Origin: Pseudogymnoascus verrucosus
Taxonomy: Eukaryota
Length of the DNA: 34,411 bases
Strand: one strand, 5' to 3'
Assembly: GCA_001662655.1 (NCBI GenBank)
Contig: KV460217.1
Below the pieces are notes generated by a model. The model was not told where the DNA came from and made no database searches. It saw only the letters and a list, made by a program, of their open reading frames with translations. Shown here piece by piece: positions 9,971-22,988 of this stretch. The first letter of the stretch is position 1. Each line of letters begins with the position of its first letter. Position numbers and translations under genes: made by a program.

Positions 9971-12900
9971 TCATTCCCCATTAGCAATCCTGGCCTCCGC
10001 AGCCTCCGCCCCGAAGTGCCTCGCAACCTCACGATCCAACCTCTCCTCAGCCGCAGCAGCACCTTCCACCGCCCTCTTCCTATTCCCAAACAAACACTCC
10101 CACAAATCATCGTTCCCAACAAACTCACCACTTTCCTTTCCCTTCGCCAGCAGATTCGCAAGCGGTGCCTGCTGCAGCTCCAACGAGTTCGCAACCTCGA
10201 TCTTGCGGTCTGCAAGCTCGGGCGTGCTCTCCTTCGACGGTGCTGTGCTCGCACCGCCCATGTGTTCCATGCGTCGCCGCACCGAGATGTCGTAGATAGC
10301 CTCCTCAACCGTGCCGTCGATGAGGTACAGCCACACGGTCGTGGATTGCTGCTGCCCAATGCGGTCGACACGCGCGATGGCCTGGAGCTCGAGGGCGGTA
10401 TTGATGAGCGGCTCGCAGAGAAAGACGTGGCTGGCGTTGACGAGATTCAGGCCGGAAGACTGCGATTTGGCGTGTAGGAGGAAGCATTCGGTTGCGGCGT
10501 CGTTCTTGAACTTCTCGATTCCGCCGGGCTTGTCGATGGTCGAGTAGCCGATACGGTGGTGGGTGAAAGCGCGGCCGAGGATGACGAGGAAGTCGCTGAA
10601 TTGGGAGAAGATGATGGATTTGGCGAAGGGGTCTGCTTCGCGGAGCCACAGGAGGTGTCGGCAGAGCGTGTCGACTTTCGTGGTGAAAGAGGGACCGACG
10701 AGGTCGATGTTCTTGATTTGGGCGAGGGTATCCTTGCTTATCTGGGAATATATGCCCAATTTCTTGCTGGGGGAAACTAGAGCACGATCTTGATTGTGAG
10801 GTGTGATGGGTGCCTCTTCCGCCATCTTTAGTTCCCGGGGTTTGTATGTGATGTCGTGCAGGTCATTTATCGTTAATTCACGTTTACACGCTGGGCAGTT
10901 TTTGTGTCCTCGGAACCAGAGCCCCATGCACTCTTTGCAAAATATGTGGCCACAAACGGTCAACGACCCATTCTCGAAGGGCACCGTGCAGATCAGGCAA
11001 TCCTTTCCTTCGGCATCTTCTTCGCTCTCTTCTTTTAAGTGAACAAGATATCGCAGTTTTGAGGAAGTTGTCGCAATTTTAGCAGCGAGTTTCTGTTCAG
11101 TTTCTAATAGAGTTATAGCCAGATCTGGGGGACTATCTTCTCCTAGAGGCAGCACCATGTCGGAAATTTGTTGAAGCTGTCGATAATATTCCACACGTAA
11201 GTTCATTAACGATGTGAATTCGTCAATCTCCTGCCGCAAAGCCATGACAGCCTTGAGCTGTTTGTCGAGGTGCGGGCGGACAATGGCCATATTACGTTCA
11301 ATGATGGCCAACTCATTAGCCGCTCGTGAACTGCCTTTCGTCGCATCCATTCGGAGTTGTGATGATAGTGTCCTTAATTCGGAGAGAATTCCCTTGACAG
11401 ATCCCATGGCTTTCGGTGGTTTCAATTCTGCACGAGCTTGTAAAAGCTCTAGTGTTCTCCGGGGTAATGACCATTTGCCAGCTTCGGCCAGTTCAATGTC
11501 TGCTTCAGCGTCTGCTTCGGCCTGATGAACAACTGCTTCGGCCTCTTGAGCTTCGGCCTGATCAACAATTGCTTCAGCCTCTTCAGCTTCGGCCTGTTCA
11601 ATATCGTCTTTGGCCTGTTTCATGGCAACCTTAACCTCATGCTTCACAAGTTGATTTTCCTGGCCCGTTAGAGCATCGTGTCGGTCTTCGATAACAGCAC
11701 GCAAAGCCAACACATATATGACAATCTCCTGTTGTAGCTCAGTAGACTGCAGATATTCTTCACCGGTCATTTCAATGACTCCTTCCTCATCTACCAGGGG
11801 CTGAAGTAGGTTCTGGATTGTGGTTTCACGCCATTCATCCAGCTGATTTGCTTGTGCATCCAGTGCGGCAGCTAGTCCATCTAGCTGCTGCAGAAGTATG
11901 GTGCTCTCGATTCCTCCTTTTTGCGTCTTTATGTGAAATTCAGGGATGGTCAAAAAATCTTCGGATGAAGCCTTCTTCGCGAGTCGCTCCATTGGTTTTG
12001 TGTTTTTCCGAAAAATCTCCTTTAGGATTTCCTGTCGGATCATCTTGGCCTGTTGATAGCCTTCTGCCTCCAGCTTTTCGAGTTCCAAGAATTCCTCGGA
12101 GTCAGGCTTTGTCATCTCTTCATTCGACTTGATCTGGAAATATGCATTAGCACAGAAGAATACTGCCATGTGCTGGATTTCAAGTGCAGCATTGAGCCTG
12201 TTTCGAAGAGCGCCAACGCGTAATGTGCTTTCAGCACCAGGTTCCAGATCGTCAATGTCGCTGTTATCGCCAGACGAAATTTCATCGTCATCAAGCAAAG
12301 GCCCACCGTCCAGTGCCATATTCACTTTGGGAGAATCTATCTCGCTCTGTAGCTGCTCTCGACAAAGAGAAACAGCAGCATTTGCATCCGCTAACACGCG
12401 TTTCCAAATTTCCAAAGCTTCTTTGACACGGGGCGAATTTTCCAGAGTTTGGCCCCTCTTGAGTCGGGTGAGGTGTAGGGTCCGCTGGTCTCCGCGTATA
12501 CTCAACTCTGTTTGCTCCAACATGGTCTCTAGAACCTCTTCTACAGTGCGCAGAGGGCCATCTTTTCTCCCCAAGGCACGGCGATTTTTAACTCCAATTT
12601 CGGGATGTAAGGCGCTCTGCCTTAGCCGACTAAGCCAGACTCTCATCCGTTCTAACGTTCTGATCCTGGTAGGATCCCAATCGTCTGCCAACGGGCCTCC
12701 TTCGAGGTCAACGCCACATTCGGCGCACATTTTCTGGAACAATGATTGATAGTGTTGTTCTTCAACTGGCGTAAACGGCATAGTAATGACATATCGCTTC
12801 TGAGGTGGGAGCTGCAATTCGTTTCTGACAATACTCTTCGTGTGGCGGAGGGCTATACGCTGGAATAGGGATTGAAATGCGGGCGGGTTATGGAGTATTG

Positions 12901-14660
12901 CCGTCCATGTCCATCGCAGAATGCCAAATGGCTCATAGCGGATGAATTTCAGTAATCCAAATAAGTCTAATATATGTTAGTCTCATAGACTGGTGGCGGA
13001 ATATACGTGAGGCTCGGAAACAAAGCGGGCGACAAATCGCGAGAATAAAAGATATGCATACCTTCGACATCTTTCTTGACTGGTGTTCCAGTTACACCCC
13101 AGGAGTTGACACGAGGAACCATCTGGGCCATTATGGCTGCATTTGTAACGCTGCCTTCTATCATTTGTGCTTCGTCAAGCACGCATCTCCACCATCGAAA
13201 ATGTGTGAAGATTGACATATTCTGCTGTGGACCACCTAAATGGCGTGAGACACGGCCAGGACCTGGCGTTGCGTGGTGTATCTCTCCAGCAAGAATCCTG
13301 TAGGTGGTTAGGACGACGTCGTGCTCAGCAATCATGTCCACTAGTTGCTCGTCGGAAAGCCTTTTGTGTTTCGTTTTCCCTTGATAGTGCATCACCTTCA
13401 AGCTTGGCGCATGGCGTGCCAGTTCGGATTGCCACTGTTGCAATATTGAAGGCGGCGTTATAATAAGTGTCGTCTTTATTGGGATGGCTTCTTGAGACGT
13501 ATATGGATCAACGATGGTCTGTAAGTTGTCCGGGCGGCCTTTGTGAAGGGTTATCAATGCCGTGATTTCCAGCGTTTTGCCTAATCCCATCTCCTCAACA
13601 AGAAGCCCCCCAATTAGTTCATCTTCCGCAGCTTTGTAGGCCGATAAATTGCGTGTCGCAGCTTGGAGAAGAGAGCTAACCCAGCAGGTGCGGCCATCTT
13701 CATCCACCACCTCATAGAAAGAGCAGGGTGTCTTTTCAGGCTTAACAGTCGACTTCAGGCGTTTGTCTTCCGCAGACCATTGAACGCCCTCCCTCTCAAG
13801 AAGCCATCGAACTGATCTCTTCTGAAATGGATATAACTCAGTTTTTAGTTCTGGAATTTCTATTAATGCCGCTGCTGTATCGTCTTTTTCCGGTACATGA
13901 ACGCTGTTATAAAAATCTTGGGGTAATATGCGGGCACCCTTATTGTTGCTCTGTGCAGGATCCGGAAAGTATGCTTCCAAGACTGATTCAAGGTCGCGTC
14001 TTTTGGGGAGAGTCGCCGATATGTATGCCAATGAGGGACATAAATTCCATTTGACAGTCCACGTCAACAGCAAAACTTCAAATCCCCCCTCGACAGACAG
14101 AGAAAATGTTGTCTCGGCCCACAAACGGCCATGGGCCGTCGGGTTATGCTTGTGGTGGGCGTGTAATGGTATCAATCCCGCAATGTTGATGTCGCGAATT
14201 GGCACATTATCAGCGTGAAAGGTCCCATCCAGAATATTCCAATCACGACCTCCGTTATCAGTAATTCTTAGCATAACTTCGTCTCCAGACCCCTCGACTC
14301 GAGTTCCTGCTGTCTCGCTCTGATAGGTGAGAGGCGGCCTTGCATTTTTGCGTGGCGACTGGCGAAATGTCAAAGTGAGTGATGAGCGTTTAACTACCAT
14401 GTAGTCGAGATTGCTGTCACTGTCCAACCGCTGGCGTTTACTAGGAGGTTCTTGAAATTTGGGCTCTGGCAACGTTGTCATGCGCTCTAAGTACTCCACG
14501 ATGCTGCTTGGGCAATAGCCTGCGAAGTCGAATGTTAGAACAACGGGATCTATGTTATTAAACACTTCTTGTTTGAATTACCTTTGTTTGAAATATCGAC
14601 GTCTGCCATTTGCTGGTCTACTCCATTCTCACGAGATCTCGGGTTGGTAAGAGGCGCCAT
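9971..14660 (-). CDS. SNF2-family helicase / RING E3 ubiquitin ligase (IRC20/SHPRH-like), about 1510 aa; exons 14660-14582, 14519-13062, 12966-9971
   Basis: Motifs LYPFQKRSVRW, EEMGLGKT, LDEAQ, TGTP, DLFGLLKF (across intron 13061..12967), C3HC4 RING CLIC..CGHIFCKEC..CPAC and QAIARVDRIGQ. Intron 14581..14520 (GTAATT..CTAAC..CAG) keeps the frame. Confidence 0.92.
11481..11606 (-). repeat. In-frame 36-nt (12-aa) tandem repeat inside the SNF2-RING gene
   Basis: Units such as gcttcggcctgatgaacaactgcttcggcctcttga encode QAEAEEAEAIVD, QAEAQEAEAVVH and QAEADAEADIE. Confidence 0.85.
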
Positions 14661-15422
14661 AGCAACGAGGGTCGGGTCTAAGCAGGACGCGAAGTCCACC
14701 AGTGAGTGGTATGAGAGTAGTATTGGCCACTCACGCGCGCAAGCTCAGCCAGAAGCCAAATTAGCTTGCAAACAAACTATTCTGGATGTAATGACATGGG
14801 GATGATGAAAAAGCAACTTGACAATGAAGGATGAGGAGGCAAGAAGGTAAGCGAAGAAGAATGGTGTGAAGAGATGAAGGAGGAAGGGAGGGGGGGAATC
14901 GAAAGTTAGGCAATAATTGTCTTATCGCTTATCGATGAGAGTCAGCCTCGTCCGACCTACCATGTTCGAGGGCGGTACCTTGGTCTAGGCAGGCACCCCC
15001 CCAGGCTCTAGTCTACCCCACCAACCCGCAGCCTTGCCAACCCAAACCGCGTCTATGACCCGCGAGTAGGTAAATTTGCATTTATATAAAACAAAAGATT
15101 GCCAATTCTATCTGATTCTTCAAAAATGAGTTTATGGAGGTTTTAGAAGCTATTTTTCCGGTCTTGGCATGGAGTATTTGAATACGAGTAAGCGTCATGC
15201 AGGGATTTTGACGGACATTTAAAATGGCATGGCGGCGTTTTGCAGCCGAGCGTATGGAGTAGCGCACAGGCGACATCTCAGCGTCAACGAAACCCCACAT
15301 ACACCAAGCTTACAACCTCCACAGGCCATGACCCAAGTCTTTAAATTTGGTCTGGCGCATTGCCAATTGTATATTGTTCTTGATCTTCTATAAACCATCT
15401 GCGAATATTGAATGCGCAGACA

Positions 15423-18241
15423 ATGCCGAGTGCCAGACATGGCCCAGGTGCTGGGGCGCCACCGAGGGGCGCCATGATGGCATCTCTAAAGTCTGCGCAG
15501 ATGGTTCAGAATAGAGCCGCTCTGCCTGCTGGTACGCCCAAAAATCCGATAGGCAGCTCCATATGTGCTAATAACTACCAGAGATTCTCGCGACCGTCTT
15601 GGACTACCTGCCAGTCTCCGATCTCATGCGCTGTGCTCGAACTTCGAAGCGCATGAAGGAAATGGTATACGATGACACGCGATGGGTTCAAAGACTACAA
15701 TCTATGGGGTGTTGGAATGAAGCCGAGGCAAGAGCGCGATTTGAAGAAGTTATGCGCAAGAAATGGGAGGCCCAGAAAGCAAAACACGATGAAGAGGCGA
15801 AGAGAAATGGAACGGGGGTCAATGGTACTGGAGAAGGGGGAAAGACGGCCACAACGATTTTCGATGCTGGCATCGAAGAAGAGCGGCAAAAGCAGCGGGC
15901 ACCAGCTATACATGGACCAAATAGCCTGGCTGACGGATTCGAAACTTTGGCTATAGCGCCACCTACATCCAAACCAACGACTACAAACCCAAGACCGTCA
16001 TTGGAGGACCCTATAGCGTTGCTGACTGTCTTGAGTAAAGTAAAGTCAGTCCGTGGATATGCACGGCCTGAATATGCGCGTGTTTATGGCGCATTGGGTC
16101 CGTTTTACCAGGATTTTGCGAGGTCCAAAAGTCATACGGATCCCGTTATATTTCGTGTTTATCGCGACCCAGAACAACAAGCACAGATGCTTGCGCAACT
16201 CCAGAAATTCGCCAAAAGCGACTGGGCACAGGGTTGGCGGCAACGAGAGGAGAAGCTGAACACAATGGTCGGCATCTTCGAAAGTGCAGTTCTCAGAGAG
16301 TTCGAACAAGGTTACGAAGCTTGGGACGTGGAAGGACGGATGCACAGATATGCTCACGTCCTTGGTATTCTTAATGGAGGGCAAGCTGGGGTCGAAATGT
16401 TTGTTCAAAAACACCCGGTCTTCACAGATCATGCACAGTTTGGTAACCCAATGGACTGCCTCAACCAAGCAGGCGCAGGCGCAATAGACCTGAAGCCATC
16501 CCTCGCATTTTTCGAGACTCTATTAAAGGTTATTAACGAACAAGCGGAAACTATTGATAAGATATTTCCGCCTCGCTTGAATGTTCTGGAAGTATTTCTT
16601 GAGAGGATTGGCGAAGACGTCATTGGAGACTGGGTCACGCCTCTTTTCGACGAGTCACACGAGCGAAACACACAATCTTATTTAAAAGCGGTTTCGGGGA
16701 TATTCGAGCAATGTGTACAGTTCTCGTTACAGATTAAACCGCCGAGCGCAGCATCGCCGGAGGAGTTCAGAAGGAAAGTTCACGGGATTATTGTGAGGGT
16801 ATTTGAGCCTCATGTGGACCTATATCTTCAAGACGAACTAGATTTCTTCAAAGAAGAAGCAGAGGAGCAGGTGAGCGGTTGGGAAAGGAAGCTCTCCGAA
16901 GAAGACGCGTCGACAGAGTCGTTCTTTATGGCAAATGTGAACCGACAGGCGGACAAGAAGGATTTCCTGACATCGTTCAGGAAGGTCGTCATGATGCCCG
17001 TCAATGTGCTTCCAAGTTTCTCACCTTTTGCGACCTCAAAGTCCAGTGCAACACTTCAGGTTACTAGTGCGGCTACCTCTGGGGCTGGAGCCTCAATCAC
17101 ACCGACATCATCAAGGTCACACTCGCCAGCTGGAGTCCCGGGCTTGCCATCGCCAAGTGCCGAGGCTCCAACGGATGAACTTGCGGCCAAAGCTGCCATT
17201 ATGGCAAACAAGCTCGAAGGCATCAGGTCACTTTTCAGCATAGAGATTGCACTGACGCTTGTGCATTCTGCTAAGACAAGCCTCGAGAGAGCCGCCGCGT
17301 TTGTGCAACTCGGTGGACAAACAGGGGAAGAGGCACGAGAGCAATGCGAGACGATATTCGTATTTCTACTACAAACTTTGGGGTCACGGCATGTCAAGAG
17401 CGGATTCGACAAGGCGGTTGATCACTTATCAAAATACAATCCACGAGAAGTGAGCGAGCACAGCAAGAAAGGAGTTGCGCCTCTCGTCACTTTTCTGGAG
17501 CTAGTCAACGTCGGAGACCTGATCTCTCAGATGATCGACGTCTTCTACGAGCAGCAACTCGCCGCGACAAAGTTAGTGGATAAAAACGACTTTCTCGACC
17601 CCGCCGTTAAGGCCAAGAAGAAGTTTGAGCAAATGCTGGACGAGCGCGTTGCCGCCGGTCTGAACAAGGGCATTGACGTTCTCATGGATGAGATCGAATA
17701 CGTCTGCGCCACCACGCAACCACCCTCCGACTACAACCCCCCTCTAACAGCATCCGGTATACCCGACTCGACCTTCGACATCGGCCCAACAAAGTGCGCA
17801 CAGGAAGTCGTCGATATCGTGTCCTCGCACACAGACATGCTTACAGGCAGCACGGACAAGAACATGCTCGACGTGTTCAACCAGGAGGTCGGACTACGAC
17901 TCTTCACGGTACTGTGCAAGCACCTCAAGCGTCAGCGCATCAGCATCGACGGCTCCATCAAGCTCATCTCCGACATGAACCTCTACTTTACGTATATCCA
18001 GCGCCTGCGCAACGCGGATCTGCTACAGTATTTCCGCGCGCTGCGCGAGCTCAGCCAGATCTATCTGATTGGGCCGAAGCATGCGAAGGAGATGGCGGCG
18101 GTGATTGCGGATGGGGAGCGCTTTAGCGGCATCTTTCGCGCGGAGGAGGTGTATGAGTTTGCGGAGCGGAGAGCGGATTGGTTTGTCGTTAAGAGGGATG
18201 TCGAGAGGGCGATGTATGGGTTTGGGTGTGCGGTTATGTAG
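15423..18241 (+). CDS. RCY1: Recyclin-1, F-box / Sec10-like endosomal recycling protein, 922 aa; exons 15423..15531 and 15582..18241
   Basis: F-box LPAEILATVLDYLPVSDLMRCARTSKRM spans intron 15532..15581 (GTACGC..GCTAAT..CAG). Sec10-like helical body; C-terminal CAAX box CAVM. Confidence 0.9.
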
Positions 18242-19161
18242 ATAATCGAGGTGAGGGGGGGCTTTGGTTAGACTATTTAAAGCATGGGAGGCTAGCGTGG
18301 CTTCGGATATGATCTTGATAAGGACGGGATGAATAAGGGATGACTATATATTAGGATATATAAAATAGCTAGCGCCACTACAAATATAACAGCAACTCAC
18401 CAAAAAACATACTGTTGATACATGAACTCTCGTCAGTCGATACAATTGAACTGTGAAGTGGGACATCCCTGATCACAGTAGCTGGTCCGCGATTCCGCAA
18501 TTCTCCTTTTCACATAGCCCTGGTCTCTTCACCACTCCGCCTCCGCGAGACGAAATTTTTAATCCCTCATAATTACCCGAAACCAAACCCCCGTCGTCAT
18601 ACTCCACGAGTTTCAATCGGTTAGTCATGCCAATTTTTGGGAAACGTCCGTAACGTTCCTTCGCTGGCCTGAGGCCGAGTGACCGACCAGTAAAAATATA
18701 GTAAACGATATAGTATGATCGGGTACGCCCATAAGGCTAGCTCTAACCGACCCTTTTCGACAATCTCACGCTCTATTACTCTCTCTCCACAGTGCTTTTC
18801 CACTTTCGATCTATTTAGCCATAAAAGGGGAAATGCGAAGAGGTTCCCCGAATCAGATCATCGTCAATTCTGCTGCATTGGGAGAAGTATTGCTTGATTG
18901 CTAGATTTTGTGTGTCAAGCGTCCACGTCTCCACCATCCGCGCCGCAAATTTTAGCGTAACCGACAGCAAATCGATTCCGGAGTTATCACATTTGACACA
19001 TGCTAGAATATATAATGCAGCCTGCCAACAGAATAAAAGTGCTGAGTTGAGTTAACCAGACTGAGGCGTATATGTGCAGCCGAAACTCACTTTGTATGTA
19101 TAATACTTGCCGTATTCGTATGTGGGCGTGCTCCACTGGCTTATTTAATAGCTTTTTTATA

Positions 19162-21045
19162 ACGTATTCGGCATGTAAGCCGGTAACGTACGTAAGCCGG
19201 TAATCGCGACACGAAAACCACGCGTAGACCATCCTAAAACTGTAAACTACACGATATGTCTCAGCATCAGAGCTCTCAATTAGCTCAAAAAGAAGGGAGA
19301 ATACTCCTAGCTATTCAAGCTTTCCGTAAAGGGCAATTTAAGAGCCTAAGAGCTGCTACAAAGGTGTACGGAGTATCATATTCGACAGCCAACGATCGCT
19401 TCCACGGTCGTGTTGCAAAATGCGATTTACGCTCTGTACACCGTAAACTTACAGAGACTAAGGAATCTAGCCTTATAACTTGGATACTATCAATGGATGA
19501 ACGTAGCCTAGCACCTCGAGTTAATACTGTACGACAAATGGCCAATCTACTCCTTCAAAGACGTAATAAGCAGAGCTCGACAGGCTGTTAAGATCCTATA
19601 GTTGGCCAGAAATGGGTCTATAACTTCGTACAACGTCATGAACCCCTACAATCACGATTTAGTCGTAAATACGACTATCAGCGAGCGAAATGCGAAGATC
19701 CTACTATTATCCGAGACTGGTTTCGACTTGTAGAGAATATACGGGCAAAATATAGGATTACAGACGATGATATATATAACTTCGATGAAACCGGTTTCCA
19801 GATGGGAGTAATTACAACTGCAAGAGTAGTTTGCGGCTCTAAAAGATCTAGAAAGCCAGTTATTCTCCAGCTAGGGAATCGAGAGTGGGTAACGGTAATT
19901 GAGGGCATATGCGCAGACGGTTGGAGTACTCCTCTAATGGTGATATTTAAAGGCAAAGTGCATCAATCTAACTAGTATACTAAGTCTCTTCCACCGAACT
20001 AGGTAATTAGTGTTAGTGAAAACGGATGGACGAACGATTCCCTTGGCTTTACGTGGCTTATAGAGGTGTTTGAGAAGTATACAAGAGATCGTACGAAAGG
20101 AGTATATAGACTTCTGATTCTTAACGGTCATGGAAGCCATAGTACTCCCGAATTCGACCTATTCTGCTCAGAACGCTCTATCATTACGCTCTGTATGCCG
20201 GCCCATTCGTTACACCTATTATAGCCACTAGATGTTAGTTGCTTTGCAGCTATAAAACGGATTTACGGACGGCAGATTGAAAACCTTACACGAACAGGTC
20301 TTAATCATATCGACAAGCCTAACTTCCTTAGAGCTTACTCTACTACTCGACTAGAGGCTCTAAATACAAGTAATATTCGAAATAGCTTTACAGCTACTAG
20401 ACTCGTTCCATACAATCTAAGTTATGTACTTGAAAAGCTTCATGTTACTTTACGGACGCCAACTCCACCTATAATCCATCTACAAAGCTCTCCTTAGAAT
20501 CCTAAAACACCGCATAATATTCGAGAGCTTGAGCGTCAAACACAGACTATTAAGGAGTATATACGACGTCGTACGCATAGTCCACCTAGTCCTATAGAAG
20601 TTGCACTTAATCAACTAGTTAAGGGCTGTCAAATGGCTATGCATAGTGCTGTACTTCTTATAGAGGAGAATCGTCAATTACGGGCTGAAAACGAGAGGCA
20701 AAAGAAGAAAAGAGCAAAGCGGAAGTCATATATAGCTATAGGAGGAGTTCTTACAGTTCAAGAAGGTTTGAATCGATCACAAATGGTTGGTATAGAGCAT
20801 AAAGAGGAGTTGACAAACCGTCAACAAGAGCCACGAGTACGTGCACTACCTAGGTGTAGTATATGTTCATCACTTGAGCATAATGCTCGTATTTGCTCCC
20901 AGAAGAACCAATTGTAATTAATTCAGTTTGAAGTAGTTAATTTAATCTATTTGAAAGTAATATATAGTTTACGGGTGGTCTACAGGTAATTCTCATATGG
21001 CGATTACCGGCTTACGTACGTTACCGGCTTACATGCCGAATACGT
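19162..21045 (+). mobile_element. Fot1/pogo-family DNA transposon, full length (1884 bp), RIP-inactivated
   Basis: Perfect 46-bp TIRs at 19162..19207 and 21000..21045 (acgtattcggcatgtaagccggtaacg...), TA target duplication at 19160-61 and 21046-47, and an internal DDE transposase. Confidence 0.96.
19256..20917 (+). pseudogene. Fot1/pogo DDE transposase pseudogene (HTH, CENP-B-like, DDE, CCHC)
   Basis: One frame carries YNFDETGF, GNREWVT, SENGWT, LIL(N)GHGSH, PLDV and CSICSSLEHNARIC. In-frame stops at 19589, 19973, 20000, 20222 and 20495. Confidence 0.95.
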
Positions 21046-21900
21046 TAGGCTGTTTGTTTCAAGCTTGGCACTACATAAAAACCAACAAAGATTTGCAACA
21101 TAGTGATGTAGATCTATCTCGCCCTAGCGAATGTCTGGGGGCCTCAACGAGGCCTGCAGCGACTGATTGGTGAAGAACTGCTGTCAACTAAATCAGGTCA
21201 AGTGCAAATGGCAATCCATTCAGGTGCGGCTGAACCACAACCTCATTCATCATTGCAGTACTCCCTGGTTTATTCCTATTTTACAATGCGCACCCAGCAA
21301 AAGCAGTAGGAGTAGAGCAAGCAGCACTGTGGCATAATCTTAGCATCTAGTACGATTTGGCTACTTATCACGTTTAGGCTCATTACAAAATCGTGTCAAT
21401 ATCCCCTCATTCAATACTACTCCGCACTCATTATCTGCTTTACCATTTGTTGGCAATCCTGTGAGGACTTTCAATTTGCTTCATACACTTCTGACTTATT
21501 CCAGCTTCAATAAATCATGTCCGGCGTTGGCGAGGCAGGTCTTGTCCTGCTTATGGCATGTTATCATGTCATGTAATTTGGTCTGAAACCCTCTATTGTT
21601 ATCGCAAATGTGTCATGTTAAGTCTCGTCTCCTCTGTGTAGAGATTGCCGACTGTAAGACGAGTTCACGATCTGGAATACATTAATCGAGCACTCTTCTG
21701 GATCCAAGTTGTAACGAATGACTGTAGTTTATATTTGTCACCGTCCTATTTGTAACGACAGACTTCATTTGGTATCTAGCACTAGCTCCTGCTCTTGAAC
21801 ATCTCCTACATTTCCCAATCTAGTTTCTCGCCTTCAAGCTTCTATTTAGCTCGATGGCAATGGATTGACTAGAAAATCTTTCTGATCGCCTAACTGACTC

Positions 21901-22209
21901 TTAACAAGCAGCTTCTCTGACCTGCGAGTCGTATCCAATATCCTTGAAGATGTCGGTGGGAAAGTTATTGGTTCGCGCGCTCCATGATTTCTGCCCACTG
22001 GAGCCTTTGATCCAAATGCAGTTGGGGTTGTTGGTGCCAGTGCTCCATCTCGCAGACTGGCAGTTTCGGGCATTCTGCCAACCAGAGTTGAGGTTGTAGG
22101 TACCACTAATAGGACCTTTAAAATCGTTTTTCGGCCAGCATGTGAGCTCAGTAGCGGTAGTGCCGATGGCGTAGATAGCAACAGCAACCTTGAGGGGGGT
22201 GAACAACAT
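21901..22209 (-). CDS. Small secreted cysteine-containing protein (102 aa), effector/toxin candidate
   Basis: Intact ORF with CAAAATG start context, a signal-peptide-like N-terminus (MLFTPLKVAVAIYAIGTTA), 4 Cys, and TATAAAA on the minus strand at 22389..22395. Confidence 0.75.
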   Translation of the reverse strand: MLFTPLKVAVAIYAIGTTATELTCWPKNDFKGPISGTYNLNSGWQNARNCQSARWSTGTNNPNCIWIKGSSGQKSWSARTNNFPTDIFKDIGYDSQVREAAC

Positions 22210-22988
22210 TTTGAATTTGGGATGATGTTGGATAGAGTAGAATAAGCTTCTGGCTTGCGTTCGAGTGACGAAGAAGTATGCCTTGAGTTTGCTATACTGG
22301 CGTGAAGAGAAAAGTGGTGTTGTTTGCTGCTTGTAGTGCGTACTGCGATGGACAGAGTTATTTAGAAATTGTGAGGATTAGCTGTCGTTTTTATAATAAT
22401 TCAAGTGATGCGAACATCAAAAAGTCTCGTAGATCTTTGCCCGTTCTTACTGTATGTCTGGATCCTAGCTAGGGCTAACAGTCCAACGGTTGGACTCCAA
22501 CCAACACAGTTACTTTGAAATGTGCTACTTTGGGGACTTTTCAAGAGGATAGCGCTCTAGGCAGCTTTACCTACGAATAGATTCGGAAATGAGACTCTTG
22601 GCATTGGGTAGGGCGGCGCGAGTACTATCGGCAAGCTATTAGCCATTCTAAGATTGAGGCAGAGTGCTAAATTCAGACACACCATCTATCCAAAAGAGTA
22701 GATAGGGCCCCACAGTCTACCCTAACGGAAAACTGAGAGTCTTAGCACAGTAATGGATGATATGTGGAAAAAAGGGGCACGTAATGTCAGGACATCTGTT
22801 AGAGGGTGCTTTGAAATTCGCATATATCTCTTGTCTACAAGATGCCGTGCTAAATAGATCGATCGTATGTAGATCTTTTCAAATCCCCACACGTGTTAAA
22901 AGAGAGTAATTGAATATTAACGGAAGTAGCCGAAGGAGGACCACTGACAGCAACCACGAGGTACTAATCGGCAGCGAGATCAGTAAGT

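Noticed and set aside
14920..14936. Tandem GATAAG sites in the SNF2/RCY1 divergent promoter
   Set aside because: Short, common motif with no independent support.
18430..19000. Possible decayed coding sequence on the minus strand left of the transposon
   Set aside because: Fragmented frames with no family I can name.
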